A program made the position numbers and the translations under genes. DNA of 64,000 bases from an uncultured Chloroflexia bacterium (GTDB taxonomy: Bacteria > Chloroflexota > Anaerolineae > B4-G1 > SLSP01), in assembly GCA_963751345.1 (NCBI GenBank), contig CAVVUS010000014.1, positions 1 to 64,000 of the forward strand, given 5' to 3'. This document shows positions 53,704 to 62,906 of the stretch, piece by piece; within the stretch, counting starts at the first letter, position 1, and the number at the start of each line of letters is the position of its first letter. The notes below the pieces were generated by a model that did no database searches, was not told where the DNA came from, and saw nothing but the letters and a program-made list of their open reading frames with translations.

Positions 53704-54772
53704 GCTCTGACCCCGCCGCCTCGCGTTCGAGGATGGCCCGCTTGCGGTCGAGGCCCCAGCGGTACCCGCCAAGGCCGCCGTCACTGCGCACCACGCGGTG
53801 GCACGGGATGGCGACCGCAATGTGGTTCGCGGCGCACGCTTGCGCCACGGCGCGCGCTGCCTTCGGGCTGCCGATCCGCGTGGCGATCTCAGAGTAGCTA
53901 GCCGTCGCGCCCGCAGGGATCTCCTGCAGCGCGGCCCAGACCCGCCGCTGGAAGGCCGTGCCCTGGATGTCCAGCGGCAACGATTGCCCACGGTCGGGTG
54001 CTTCCAGCATCGCGATGACCTCGTTCACCATCGTGTCGAGGTCCGGGTCGTCCGTCCGCAGCTCGGCCTCGGGAAAAGCGGCGCGCATCCGCGCATCCAG
54101 CGCCCCGGGCGAACCTCCAAGGTCGATGCGGCAGATGCCCTGATCTGTCGCCGCCACCAGCACAAACCCAAGGTAACATGGTGCAACCGCATATCGAATC
54201 ACGATACCCTCCCCTCCATTCCGGTATTCCGACGGCTTCATCCCCAGCGCTGGGGCATCTGTCGCATAAAAGCGGCTCGCGGACTCGTACCCGGCGTCGT
54301 AGATGGCGTCGGTAACCGAGGCCTCATCCTGCAGACCGGTTCGCACCCGGTCCAGCCGTTTCTCCATCGCGTACTGCTTGGGCGAGACCCCAACGATCTC
54401 TTTGAAGAGCCGCTGAAAGTGGTAGGGACTGTATCCGGTGAGCTCGGCCAGCTCGCGCAGCGAGGGCGCATGGTCCGCGCTCTCGATGAGGCGGCAGGCC
54501 TCCAGCACGGCGTCTCGTCCGGGATCGGCGGGCGCCCCGGTCTCGCGAGGCGTGCAGCGTCTGCAGGGGCGGAGGCCCGCCGCCTCGGCCATCTGCCACG
54601 TGTCAAAGAAGCGCACGTTCTCGCGGTTGGGCAGGCGCGAGGCACACCCCGGCCGGCAGTAGATCCCGGTCGTCACGACGCCGTAGACGAAGTCGCCGCG
54701 GGCACTCTCATCACGCCGGACAACTGCCGCCCAACGACGCGACACTTTCACTTGATTCTCAGCTCTTGCCAT
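53693..54772 (-). CDS. ada: Bifunctional Ada regulator / O6-methylguanine-DNA methyltransferase
   Basis: TTGIYCRPGC, RPCRRC zinc site, AraC HTH, IPCHRV. Confidence 0.95.
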   Translation of the reverse strand: MARAENQVKVSRRWAAVVRRDESARGDFVYGVVTTGIYCRPGCASRLPNRENVRFFDTWQMAEAAGLRPCRRCTPRETGAPADPGRDAVLEACRLIESADHAPSLRELAELTGYSPYHFQRLFKEIVGVSPKQYAMEKRLDRVRTGLQDEASVTDAIYDAGYESASRFYATDAPALGMKPSEYRNGGEGIVIRYAVAPCYLGFVLVAATDQGICRIDLGGSPGALDARMRAAFPEAELRTDDPDLDTMVNEVIAMLEAPDRGQSLPLDIQGTAFQRRVWAALQEIPAGATASYSEIATRIGSPKAARAVAQACAANHIAVAIPCHRVVRSDGGLGGYRWGLDRKRAILEREAAGSEPTQ

Positions 54773-54819
54773 CGTCTCTCTCCAGAAACGCTACCCTCTG
54801 TACTAACGTTACAGTCCTC

Positions 54820-54868
54820 AGTATACCGATGGGGCAGACGAAAGCTATGCGTTTCTTGCGGCGCAATT
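54820..54868 (-). promoter_or_regulatory. Ada box and -10 element upstream of ada
   Basis: Minus strand AAT-TGCGCC-GCAA (54868-54856) matches AAT-N6-GCAA; TATACT at 54825-54820. Confidence 0.65.
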
Positions 54869-54885
54869 ATAGGCAGCGGTCGCAA

Positions 54886-54925
54886 CAGACAGCCCCGGCA
54901 CGCGTACGCGTGCCGGGGCTGTCTG
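54886..54925. repeat. 40-bp perfect palindrome (likely terminator of heliorhodopsin)
   Basis: CAGACAGCCCCGGCACGCGT|ACGCGTGCCGGGGCTGTCTG. Confidence 0.75.
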
Positions 54926-54944
54926 CAACCTACACCGGGAAGAC

Positions 54945-55725
54945 TCACACCGGCGCCAGCGTGCCGGCGAAGATCAGCCAGGCCAATACTGTCTTCGCGA
55001 CCAAGCTCAAGATGATGTACACACGTTCGCCGAAGAGATAGTTCCCCCAGCGTCCCACCTTCTTGTACTGGAGGACCATATTGACCGCGAAGGCGTTGAA
55101 GAAGACGAAGATCGTGGGGATAATCGTATACACGAAGGCCGGTGGCTTCGCATCCCCGGAGGAGAGCGCGCTCAGGAAGTACATTACGATGACGACCCAG
55201 GGGATGATCCCAGCGATGCTCCCGTAGACGAACGCCGTCCAATCCGTGCGCTTGGTCGTCTGATTGTGGAGCTCCATCATGATCCCGAAGAGGTTCATCA
55301 TCGCGTTGAGGCCGAACATCAGGATCATGCTGCCAAGATCCCAGATGCCTGTGAGCATGCCAATCAACACGATCATCAAGCGATGAACTGAGTGCATACT
55401 CGTAGAATCGAATGGGATTCATACCCCGCTTCAGGTTAGCGACATACCGTCGGTATCCCACTGTGGATAGGTAGAAGTGCGCCACCGCCGAGATCAGCAG
55501 GAATACGGCGACCGCCGGCCCGAAGCGCAGCTCGTAGATGAGCTTCGGATCAGGTACCAGTGAGAACGACTCCCTATCAAACCGCAGGAAGTTGGTGAAG
55601 ATCGGGTAAGTCGTGTCATTACTGAGCACGATCATGAGAATCCCCTGCACCAGGTGCAGGAAGCCCATTACAACGTTGAACCTTCGCAACCCAGTAAATG
55701 TCTTATCGGCAGTTTTATCGTTCAT
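54945..55725 (-). CDS. Heliorhodopsin (frameshift ~55380)
   Basis: LHLVQG, SAVAHF, NPIRFYEYALSSS, MNLFG, and GERVYIILSLVAK with the retinal-binding Lys. Confidence 0.92.
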
Positions 55726-55763
55726 TGCTAGTCCTCGCCCTTCTCTTGTCGTGAATGAACCCA

Positions 55764-55822
55764 AGTATAGCACAATGGAGCATGTTTGTCAATATATTGA
55801 ACATATTTATTGGTCAATATGT
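55764..55822 (-). promoter_or_regulatory. Heliorhodopsin promoter with AT-rich operator array
   Basis: TTGACA (55792-55787), 17 nt, TATACT (55769-55764); TCAATATATTGA palindrome and three ATATTGA-like motifs overlapping the -35. Confidence 0.65.
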
Positions 55823-55876
55823 TAATCAATAGCCTTTGAGGCAGATAGGGCGCGATGCCACAATCGCGCAGTTTGG

Positions 55877-55934
55877 TTGACAACGGCCTGGATATCCAAT
55901 ACAATGAGACCAGTTACTTGGATATCCAAGTAAC
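55877..55934 (+). promoter_or_regulatory. MarR operon promoter with two TTGGATATCCAA operators
   Basis: TTGACA 55877, 17 nt, TACAAT 55900; CTGGATATCCAA in the spacer; perfect 22-bp GTTACTTGGATATCCAAGTAAC 55913-55934. Confidence 0.8.
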
Positions 55935-55962
55935 ATCCACCCATGTTTCCGTCGGAGGGACC

Positions 55963-56433
55963 ATGAATCGGGGCAATCCGCGCCCGGCAGATAACTCGGC
56001 ACATCTGATCAGTACCGCCCGGCGAGCCATCAACCAGTTCTTGGTTACGTCAATGGCGGCCTACGGGCTCGAGGGGTTAGCTCCATCGCATGGAGATATC
56101 ATCGCGACACTCCTCCAAGGAGACCCTATGACGATGAGTGAGCTTGCCGAGCGTATCCACCGCGACCGATCCACGGTCACGACCCTCGTCCATAAGCTGG
56201 TCGATCGTGGCTATGTGGCATTTGGGGATAACCCTGAGGACGCGAGATCCAAACTCGTCCATCTGACTGAGGCCGGACGGAACTTGAGTACGGTATTTGC
56301 GTGCATCTCACAGGAGCTCGCAGAGGTCACGTGGCGCGGTATTGGTGATGAGCATCGCCAGGTCTGCCGGGAGGCGCTCAAGCAGATCATCGGCAATTTC
56401 ACGGAATCAGTCGAACCTGGAGAGGAGCCTTGA
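55963..56433 (+). CDS. MarR family transcriptional regulator
   Basis: TMSELAERIHRDRSTVTTLVHKLVDRGYV...DARSKLVHLTEAG. Confidence 0.9.
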   Translation: MNRGNPRPADNSAHLISTARRAINQFLVTSMAAYGLEGLAPSHGDIIATLLQGDPMTMSELAERIHRDRSTVTTLVHKLVDRGYVAFGDNPEDARSKLVHLTEAGRNLSTVFACISQELAEVTWRGIGDEHRQVCREALKQIIGNFTESVEPGEEP

Positions 56434-56434
56434 G

Positions 56435-57238
56435 ATGAAGAACGTTGTGTCCCTGGTGATGGTATTGCTTCTGGTGGTCACCGGCGTGCTCGGCTGCAAA
56501 CCAGCCCCAAAGGATGAGCTTGTCGTGGGCATGGAGCTGGCTTATCCACCCTTTGAGACCACGGATGAGCAAGGCAATCCCGATGGCATCAGTGTACAGA
56601 TGGCTTACGCCCTGGGCGAATACCTCAACCGCCCCGTGCGCATCGAGAATATGGCGTGGGCCGGCCTGATTCCATCCCTCACAACCGGCAAGATCGACAT
56701 CATCCTTTCGTCGATGACGATCACTGAAGAACGGGCAAAGACTGTGGCGTTCTCGGACCCCTATGCCAAGTCGCAGCTCTCCCTGTTGGTGAACAACGAC
56801 TCACCCGTCCAGGTCTTCGATGATCTCGCGGCACCCGGTCGCATGTTGGCAGTCAAGAAAGGAACCACGGGCCACATTTTCGCACTCGAACACCTACCCG
56901 AAGCAAACATCGTGGTCTTCGATAAGGAAAGCGCCGCTGTCCTTGAGGTGGCTCAGGGTCGGGCCGACGCCTTCATCTACGATGCACTGACCGTCTACCG
57001 CAACGCGCAGGATCACGCCACAACGCACGCCGTCTTCACGCCCTTCCAGGAGGACTACGAGTACTGGGGAATGGCGCTGCGCCAGGAGGACACCGAGCTC
57101 TTGCAGCAGGTCAACGCCTTTATCGCAGACTATCAGGCCAGGGGCGAAATCAACAAGCTGGCCGACACCTATCTGGGCGAGATCAAGCAAGTTTTTGATG
57201 CTCAGGGCCTTTCCTTCTTCTTCGACATCGGCGATTAG
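56435..57238 (+). CDS. Polar amino acid ABC transporter substrate-binding lipoprotein
   Basis: VLGC lipobox, YPPFE, GKIDIILSSMTITEER, FSDPY, KKGTT. Confidence 0.9.
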   Translation: MKNVVSLVMVLLLVVTGVLGCKPAPKDELVVGMELAYPPFETTDEQGNPDGISVQMAYALGEYLNRPVRIENMAWAGLIPSLTTGKIDIILSSMTITEERAKTVAFSDPYAKSQLSLLVNNDSPVQVFDDLAAPGRMLAVKKGTTGHIFALEHLPEANIVVFDKESAAVLEVAQGRADAFIYDALTVYRNAQDHATTHAVFTPFQEDYEYWGMALRQEDTELLQQVNAFIADYQARGEINKLADTYLGEIKQVFDAQGLSFFFDIGD

Positions 57239-57279
57239 GCAGTGCCATTGGTCGTGAAGTGCACAAAGAGGGAGATGCC

Positions 57280-58062
57280 ATGTCTGCCATCTTCGTAGCC
57301 AACGCGGACAACCCACGAACGAGCTCTCTGGCACGTTGGGTGAACATCCTGCTGGTGGGTGGCTTTATCGTCGCCATCGCGTGGGCCTCCCTCGCCAGCC
57401 TCAACTACACGTTCGACTGGAGTGTGATCTGGCGGTTCCGCGCGAAGTTCATTCGCGGGTACGAGATGACGCTCTTTATCTCCTTCTTTGCCCTCTTCCT
57501 GGCCCTGCTGATCGGCGCGGTTGGCGCACTGGCGCTGGAGGGCCAGGTGCTTTTCTTCAGGTACCTTGCCCGCGCTTACGTGGAGGGCATTCGCGGTACG
57601 CCCTTTCTGGTCCAGATCAACTTCTTCTACTTCATCATCGCCACGGCGCTGGGGATGAACAGCAAGATTCTGCTGGGGATCGTCATTCAGTCCATCTTCA
57701 CCGGTGCCTATGTGACCGAGATCATCCGCGGGGGCATTCAGAGCATCCCGCAATCTCAGTGGGTCACGGCACGCGCGCTGTCGTTCTCACGATGGCAAAC
57801 CTACCGCTTCATCGTCTTTCCCCAGGTCCTGCGACGCATCCTGCCGTCGCTGGCAGGTCAGCTTTCGTCCCTGGTCAAGGACTCGTCGCTGCTTTCGGTG
57901 ATCGCCGTGAGCGAATTCACCATGAACGTGATGGAAGTGGATGCTCTGACCTTCAGGACCTTCGAGAACCTGACCTTCCTGGCCTTTGGGTACCTCGCCA
58001 TCACGATCCCTATCTCGCTGCTCTCAAAGCAACTGGAGAAGAAGTTCTTCTATGCGTCTTGA
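57280..58062 (+). CDS. Polar amino acid ABC transporter permease
   Basis: YVEGIRGTPFLVQ, AYVTEIIRGG, LVKDSSL. Confidence 0.9.
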   Translation: MSAIFVANADNPRTSSLARWVNILLVGGFIVAIAWASLASLNYTFDWSVIWRFRAKFIRGYEMTLFISFFALFLALLIGAVGALALEGQVLFFRYLARAYVEGIRGTPFLVQINFFYFIIATALGMNSKILLGIVIQSIFTGAYVTEIIRGGIQSIPQSQWVTARALSFSRWQTYRFIVFPQVLRRILPSLAGQLSSLVKDSSLLSVIAVSEFTMNVMEVDALTFRTFENLTFLAFGYLAITIPISLLSKQLEKKFFYAS

Positions 58063-58781
58063 TATCGAGGACCTGGTCATGACCTATGATGGCCAAGACG
58101 CGCTGAATGGGCTATCGATATCCCTCAAAGATATCCATTCGCTCGTGGTCATCGGCCCTTCCGGCGGTGGGAAATCCACGCTGTTACGCGTTCTGGCGGG
58201 ACTGGAGAGGCCTAACAGAGGGAAAGTGATCGTCAACGGCACACCGCTCGTCTTCGAGGAGAAGTGGCTGCGCGGCTACCGCAAACAAACGGGGGTTGTC
58301 TTCCAGGCCTACAACCTCTTCCCGCACTGGACCTCGCTGCAGAACATCACCGTGCCGCTGGTAAAAGTCCACCGGCATGGGATTCGATGCAGCGGAAAAG
58401 CTGGCATTGGAACTGATGACGCAGTTCGGACTGGCAGACCACGCGCACAAGACGCCGGCGCAGCTCTCGGGCGGACAACAGCAGCGCATCGCCATCGCTC
58501 GGGCCCTCGCCATTCAGCCGGCGATCCTGCTGCTCGATGAACCAACCAGCGCCCTCGACCCTCAACTCACCCACGAAGTATTGGACATGATCCTGGCTCT
58601 CAAGGAACAACGTCGCGATCTGATCTTGGTGACCCACGAGATGGCATTCGCCCGGATCGCTGCCGACTACGTGCTTTACATCGACGGGGGCAGGTTGGTG
58701 GAGCACGGATCGGCTGACGTCCTTTTCACGAATCCCCAGACCCCGGAACTGAATGCGTTCCTCGAGCACATCCTGTCCTGA
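58052..58781 (+). CDS. Polar amino acid ABC transporter ATPase (frameshift ~58375)
   Basis: [33 protein letters not shown]. Confidence 0.9.
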
Positions 58782-58816
58782 TTCCGTTGCGGGACTTCGG
58801 ACAATCGATGCTGGGT

Positions 58817-58845
58817 TTGACATTTTCCAGAGTCACCTTTATACT
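58817..58845 (+). promoter_or_regulatory. sigma70 promoter for the ABC exporter leader
   Basis: TTGACA 58817, 17 nt, TATACT 58840. Confidence 0.75.
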
Positions 58846-59065
58846 GTGCATAGTTCTGGAGGTATCCGATACGATGGTGAGCGACAACAACTCCCTGCAC
58901 TAATACCCAACCTGTAGGATCTCGCGCGGGTTGCCCCGCGCCCGGTTTCTCCTACGATTGGGTAACGCCAGTACGGTGCGTGCCTACCGGTGGCGCTGAT
59001 GGTGTTATGGGAGCACGTTGTCGCAGTGCGTCTCTAGGGGCTCGCCCCTACCCGTATCAACATTG

Positions 59066-59106
59066 AGGCCGTGGACGTCTGTGACGTCCGCGGCCTTTTC
59101 TTTTTG
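59066..59106 (+). terminator. Intrinsic terminator inside the 5' leader of the ABC exporter operon
   Basis: AGGCCGTGGACGTC-TGT-GACGTCCGCGGCCT then TTTCTTTTT, about 25 nt before ATG 59130. Confidence 0.8.
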
Positions 59107-59129
59107 CCCGGACACACAAAGGACCATCG

Positions 59130-60969
59130 ATGAAACTACCGATCAAGCGTTACTGGGCCCTGTTGCGAACCTATCTGCGCCCGCAGCAGCGTCGCCTGAT
59201 CCTGCTCGCCGTGCTGCTGGCCCTCAAGATCGCCTCGCGTCTGGTGAACCCACAGATCATGCGCTCCTTCCTCGATCAGGCGATGACAGGCACCGGCACG
59301 CCGGTGCTGCTCCGGGAGGCTGGGCTCTTCTTCGCAATTGCCGCGGTCACCCAGGTGCTCACGGTCGTCAGTGTCTCCGTCGGTGAGACGGTCGCGTGGA
59401 CCGCTACCAACGCGCTGCGCCTAGATCTGCTGCGCCACTGCCTCGGCCTGGATATGACGTTCCACAAAGCGCATCGGCCCGGCGAACTCACCGAACGCAT
59501 TGATACCGACGTCGACGCACTCTCCAACTTCTTCTCACGATTCGTTGTCAACGTCATCGGAAACGGCGTGCTGGCGATCGGCATCCTGGCGCTTATCTTC
59601 GGGCAGGGCTGGCAGTACGGTGCGACCTTCACGATCTATGCCGCCATCGGCCTGCTCGTCCTGATGCGGCTCCGGAACTTCGCCACGCCCTTCTGGACCC
59701 GGCTTCACGAGATTCAGGCGCAGTTCTACGGGTTCCTCGGCGAGCAATTCTCAGGGACCGAGGACGTCCGCGCCAATGGCGCACAGGGCTACGTGATGCG
59801 CCGATTCTACGAGTACCTGCGGCAATGGCTGCCGATCAACCGCAATGCCAGTCTGGCCGGATACTCCGGTTGGATGACCAACGCAGCCCTTGTGGCTGCG
59901 GGTGAGGTGCTGGCCTATGCGCTACCGGGCTACTACTTCTTCCGTGGGCAACTCACCATCGGCCAGGCCTATTTGATCGGTGACTACATGGGCCTGCTCT
60001 TCGGACAGATCGCCGAGCTCCGCTGGCAGATCACGGATCTGCAGCACGCCGAAGCCGGGATCAACCGCATCCACGCGCTTTTCGGCCTCCGTTCCGCCCT
60101 ACCGGACGGTACGGGCGGGCCACTGCCCCAAGGTGCACTCTCCATTGCCTTCAGGGATGTCTCATTTGCTTACGCCGATACGTTGGGAGCTCGCCGCTCG
60201 GCGGATGCCCACCGACGACGATGGCGCGGACCCAGTCGAGGCACCTGCCCAAAAGGCCGCCCCACCGACTTCAGACGATCGCGTTCTGCATCACCTCGAT
60301 TTTGACCTTGCTCCGGGACGCGTCCTGGGGCTGCTGGGGCGCACGGGCAGCGGAAAGACCACGCTAGCGCGGCTTCTGCTGCGGCTCTACGACCCCACCG
60401 AGGGAGAGGTCCACGTGGGCGGGCTGCCGCTTACGGAGGCCTCACGGCGCGACGTCCGGCGGCGAATCGCGCTGGTGACACAGGAGGTGCAGCTCTTCCA
60501 GTCCAGCGTGCGCGACAATCTGACCCTATTCAACCCGGCGATATCGGATACGGCGATCGAGGACGTGCTCGGGCGGCTGGGGCTTGGTGAGTGGCTGGCG
60601 ATGCTGCCCGAGGGGTTGGACACGGAGCTCGGCAGTGACGGCGGCGGGCTCTCCGCCGGGCAGGCACAACTACTGGCCTTCGCCCGCGTCTTCCTGGCAG
60701 CCCCCGACCTGGTGATCCTCGACGAAGCATCGTCCCGGCTGGACCCGGCAACGGAGCAACTCATCGAGCATGCCGTGGATCTCCTGTTGGCCGGGCGCAC
60801 CGGCGTCGTGATCGCACACCGGCTCAACACAGTGCAGCGAGCGGACGAGATCCTGATCCTGGAGGACGGGCATATTCGCGAGCACGGCGAGCGGGCGCAC
60901 CTGGCTGCCGATCCCGACTCACACTTCTATCATCTCCTGCAGACGGGTCTGCAGGACGTGCTGGCGTAG
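59130..60969 (+). CDS. ABC exporter, fused TMD-NBD (frameshift ~60190)
   Basis: TM domain with ERIDTDV; GRTGSGKT, LSAGQAQL, ILDEASS. Confidence 0.9.
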
Positions 60970-60981
60970 AGAGGACCGGAA

Positions 60982-62856
60982 ATGACTGCCATTACACAGA
61001 AGTCACAGTTCGGCCGCGCAGCCAAGGCCCCATCGAAGGCCGCCCTGAGCACAGGGCAGATGGTGTGGCGCCTGATCGCCTACAGACCCTGGTGGTCCGC
61101 CGGCTTCCTGGCCATCTGGATTGTGATCCACATCATGGAGTTGACGCCGCGCATCGGGACGAAACTCTTCTTCGACACGCTGACCGGCGACAAGCCTTTT
61201 CGCTTTGGGATCACGGGCATCGTCGTCTACACCCTCGTCACGCGGGGCTTCCACATCCTCACGATCGGAACCGGCGCCATCGTGAGCGCCCGTCAGAAAT
61301 TCGGTGTCGGTTCCCTGTTACGCCGGAATCTGCTCGCACACATCCTCAACCGGCCCGGCGCGCGGGCGGTGCCCGGCGCGCCCGGCGAGGCGCTCAACAC
61401 CATCCGCGACGACGTGGGCGAGATCGAGTCCACCATGGGCTGGCTCGCCGACCAGATCGCGATCTTCACGTACACGGCAGTGACGCTCGGTCTGATGATC
61501 AGCATCAACGCCAGAATCGCCCTCCTCTCCCTGCTCCCGCTGGCGGTCGTCATCCTGATCTCGCGGGCGATGGCGACCCACGCGGAGCGCTACCGGCAGG
61601 CCAGCCGGGCTGCCACATCACGCGTCAGTGGCGCGCTGACCGAGATCCTGAGCGCTGTGCAAGCGATCAAGGTGGCCGGGGCGGAGCCCCACGCAGCATC
61701 ATACGTCGACGCTCTGGGCAAGCAGCGCCAGTACGCCATGGTACGAGATCGCTCGCTCAATCAGATGCTCTACTCGATGTGCGAAGAAGCGGGTGCGCTC
61801 AGCACGGGCTTCATCCTGATGTTGGTCGCAGGCGCCATCCGAGACAACTCGTTCACGATCGGCGACTTCGCTTTCTTTGTCACCTGCCTGGATAGCTTCA
61901 CGATGCTCATCGTCGAGGCCGGTGGCTTCACCACGCGCCTCAAGCAGGCGGGGGTCGCGTTCCGGCGCCTGATGGAGTTGATGGAGAATACGAACACTGA
62001 CAGCGCAGAAGACAAGGGCGGGAGCCAGAAGGAGGCCGGCGAATCGCTCGTGGCTCACCGGCCGATCTATCTGCGAAGCAACCTGCCCGCGATATCGAAG
62101 CCGGAGCCGGCTGTCGGGAGACCGTCTTGACTCGCTGGCCGTGCAGGGCCTGGCCTATCACTATCCGACTAACGGGACCGGATCTCCCTTTCGCATCAAG
62201 GATATCGGCTTCTCGCTACGCAGAGGTGACTTCGTCGTGATCACCGGACGCATCGGATCGGGCAAGACCACGCTGCTGCGGGCACTACTGGGACTTCTGC
62301 CGGCGCACGAGGGCACGGTCCTGTGGAATGGCACGCCGGTGCTGGACCGGGCCGCGTTCTTCACGCCGCCGCACAGCGCCTACACCGCCCAGATCCCCAC
62401 CTCTTCAGTGACACCTTGCGCGACAACATTCTGATGGGGCTGCCGGAGGATCGCGTGGACCTGGCGCGTGCGCTCCACCTCGCGGCGCTGGACCCTGACG
62501 TGGAGCGCATGCCCAACGGGTTGGAGACCGTCATCGGGCCCAAGGGCGTTCGGCTCTCCGGCGGGCAGCGCCAGCGTACCGCTGCCGCGCGCATGTTCGT
62601 GCGTGAGCCGGAGCTCCTCGTCTTCGACGACCTCTCCAGCGCATTGGATGTCGAGACGGAGCGGACGCTGTGGGAGAACGTCTTTGCGCGGACCGGCAGC
62701 CAGGGCGACGCCACCTGCCTGGTCGTCTCGCACCGCCGACCGGCGCTGCAGCGCGCCGATCAGATTGTGGTGCTCAAAGACGGGCGGATCGAGGCCAAGG
62801 GCACGCTCGACGAGCTCATGGCGACGAGCGAGGAAATGCGCCAGATCTGGGGATAA
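60982..62856 (+). CDS. ABC exporter, fused TMD-NBD (frameshifts ~62120, ~62395)
   Basis: TM domain; [26 protein letters not shown] (degenerate catalytic Glu to Asp). Confidence 0.9.
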
Positions 62857-62906
62857 TCTACCACTGCGAGCTCCAATTCTGCTAACATGCAGGATACGGG
62901 AGGGCA

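Noticed and set aside
198-62856. Many split genes as programmed frameshifts or mass pseudogenisation
   Set aside because: Breaks hit about 20 unrelated genes including carB and argH, with no shared slippery motif; typical of long-read indel error
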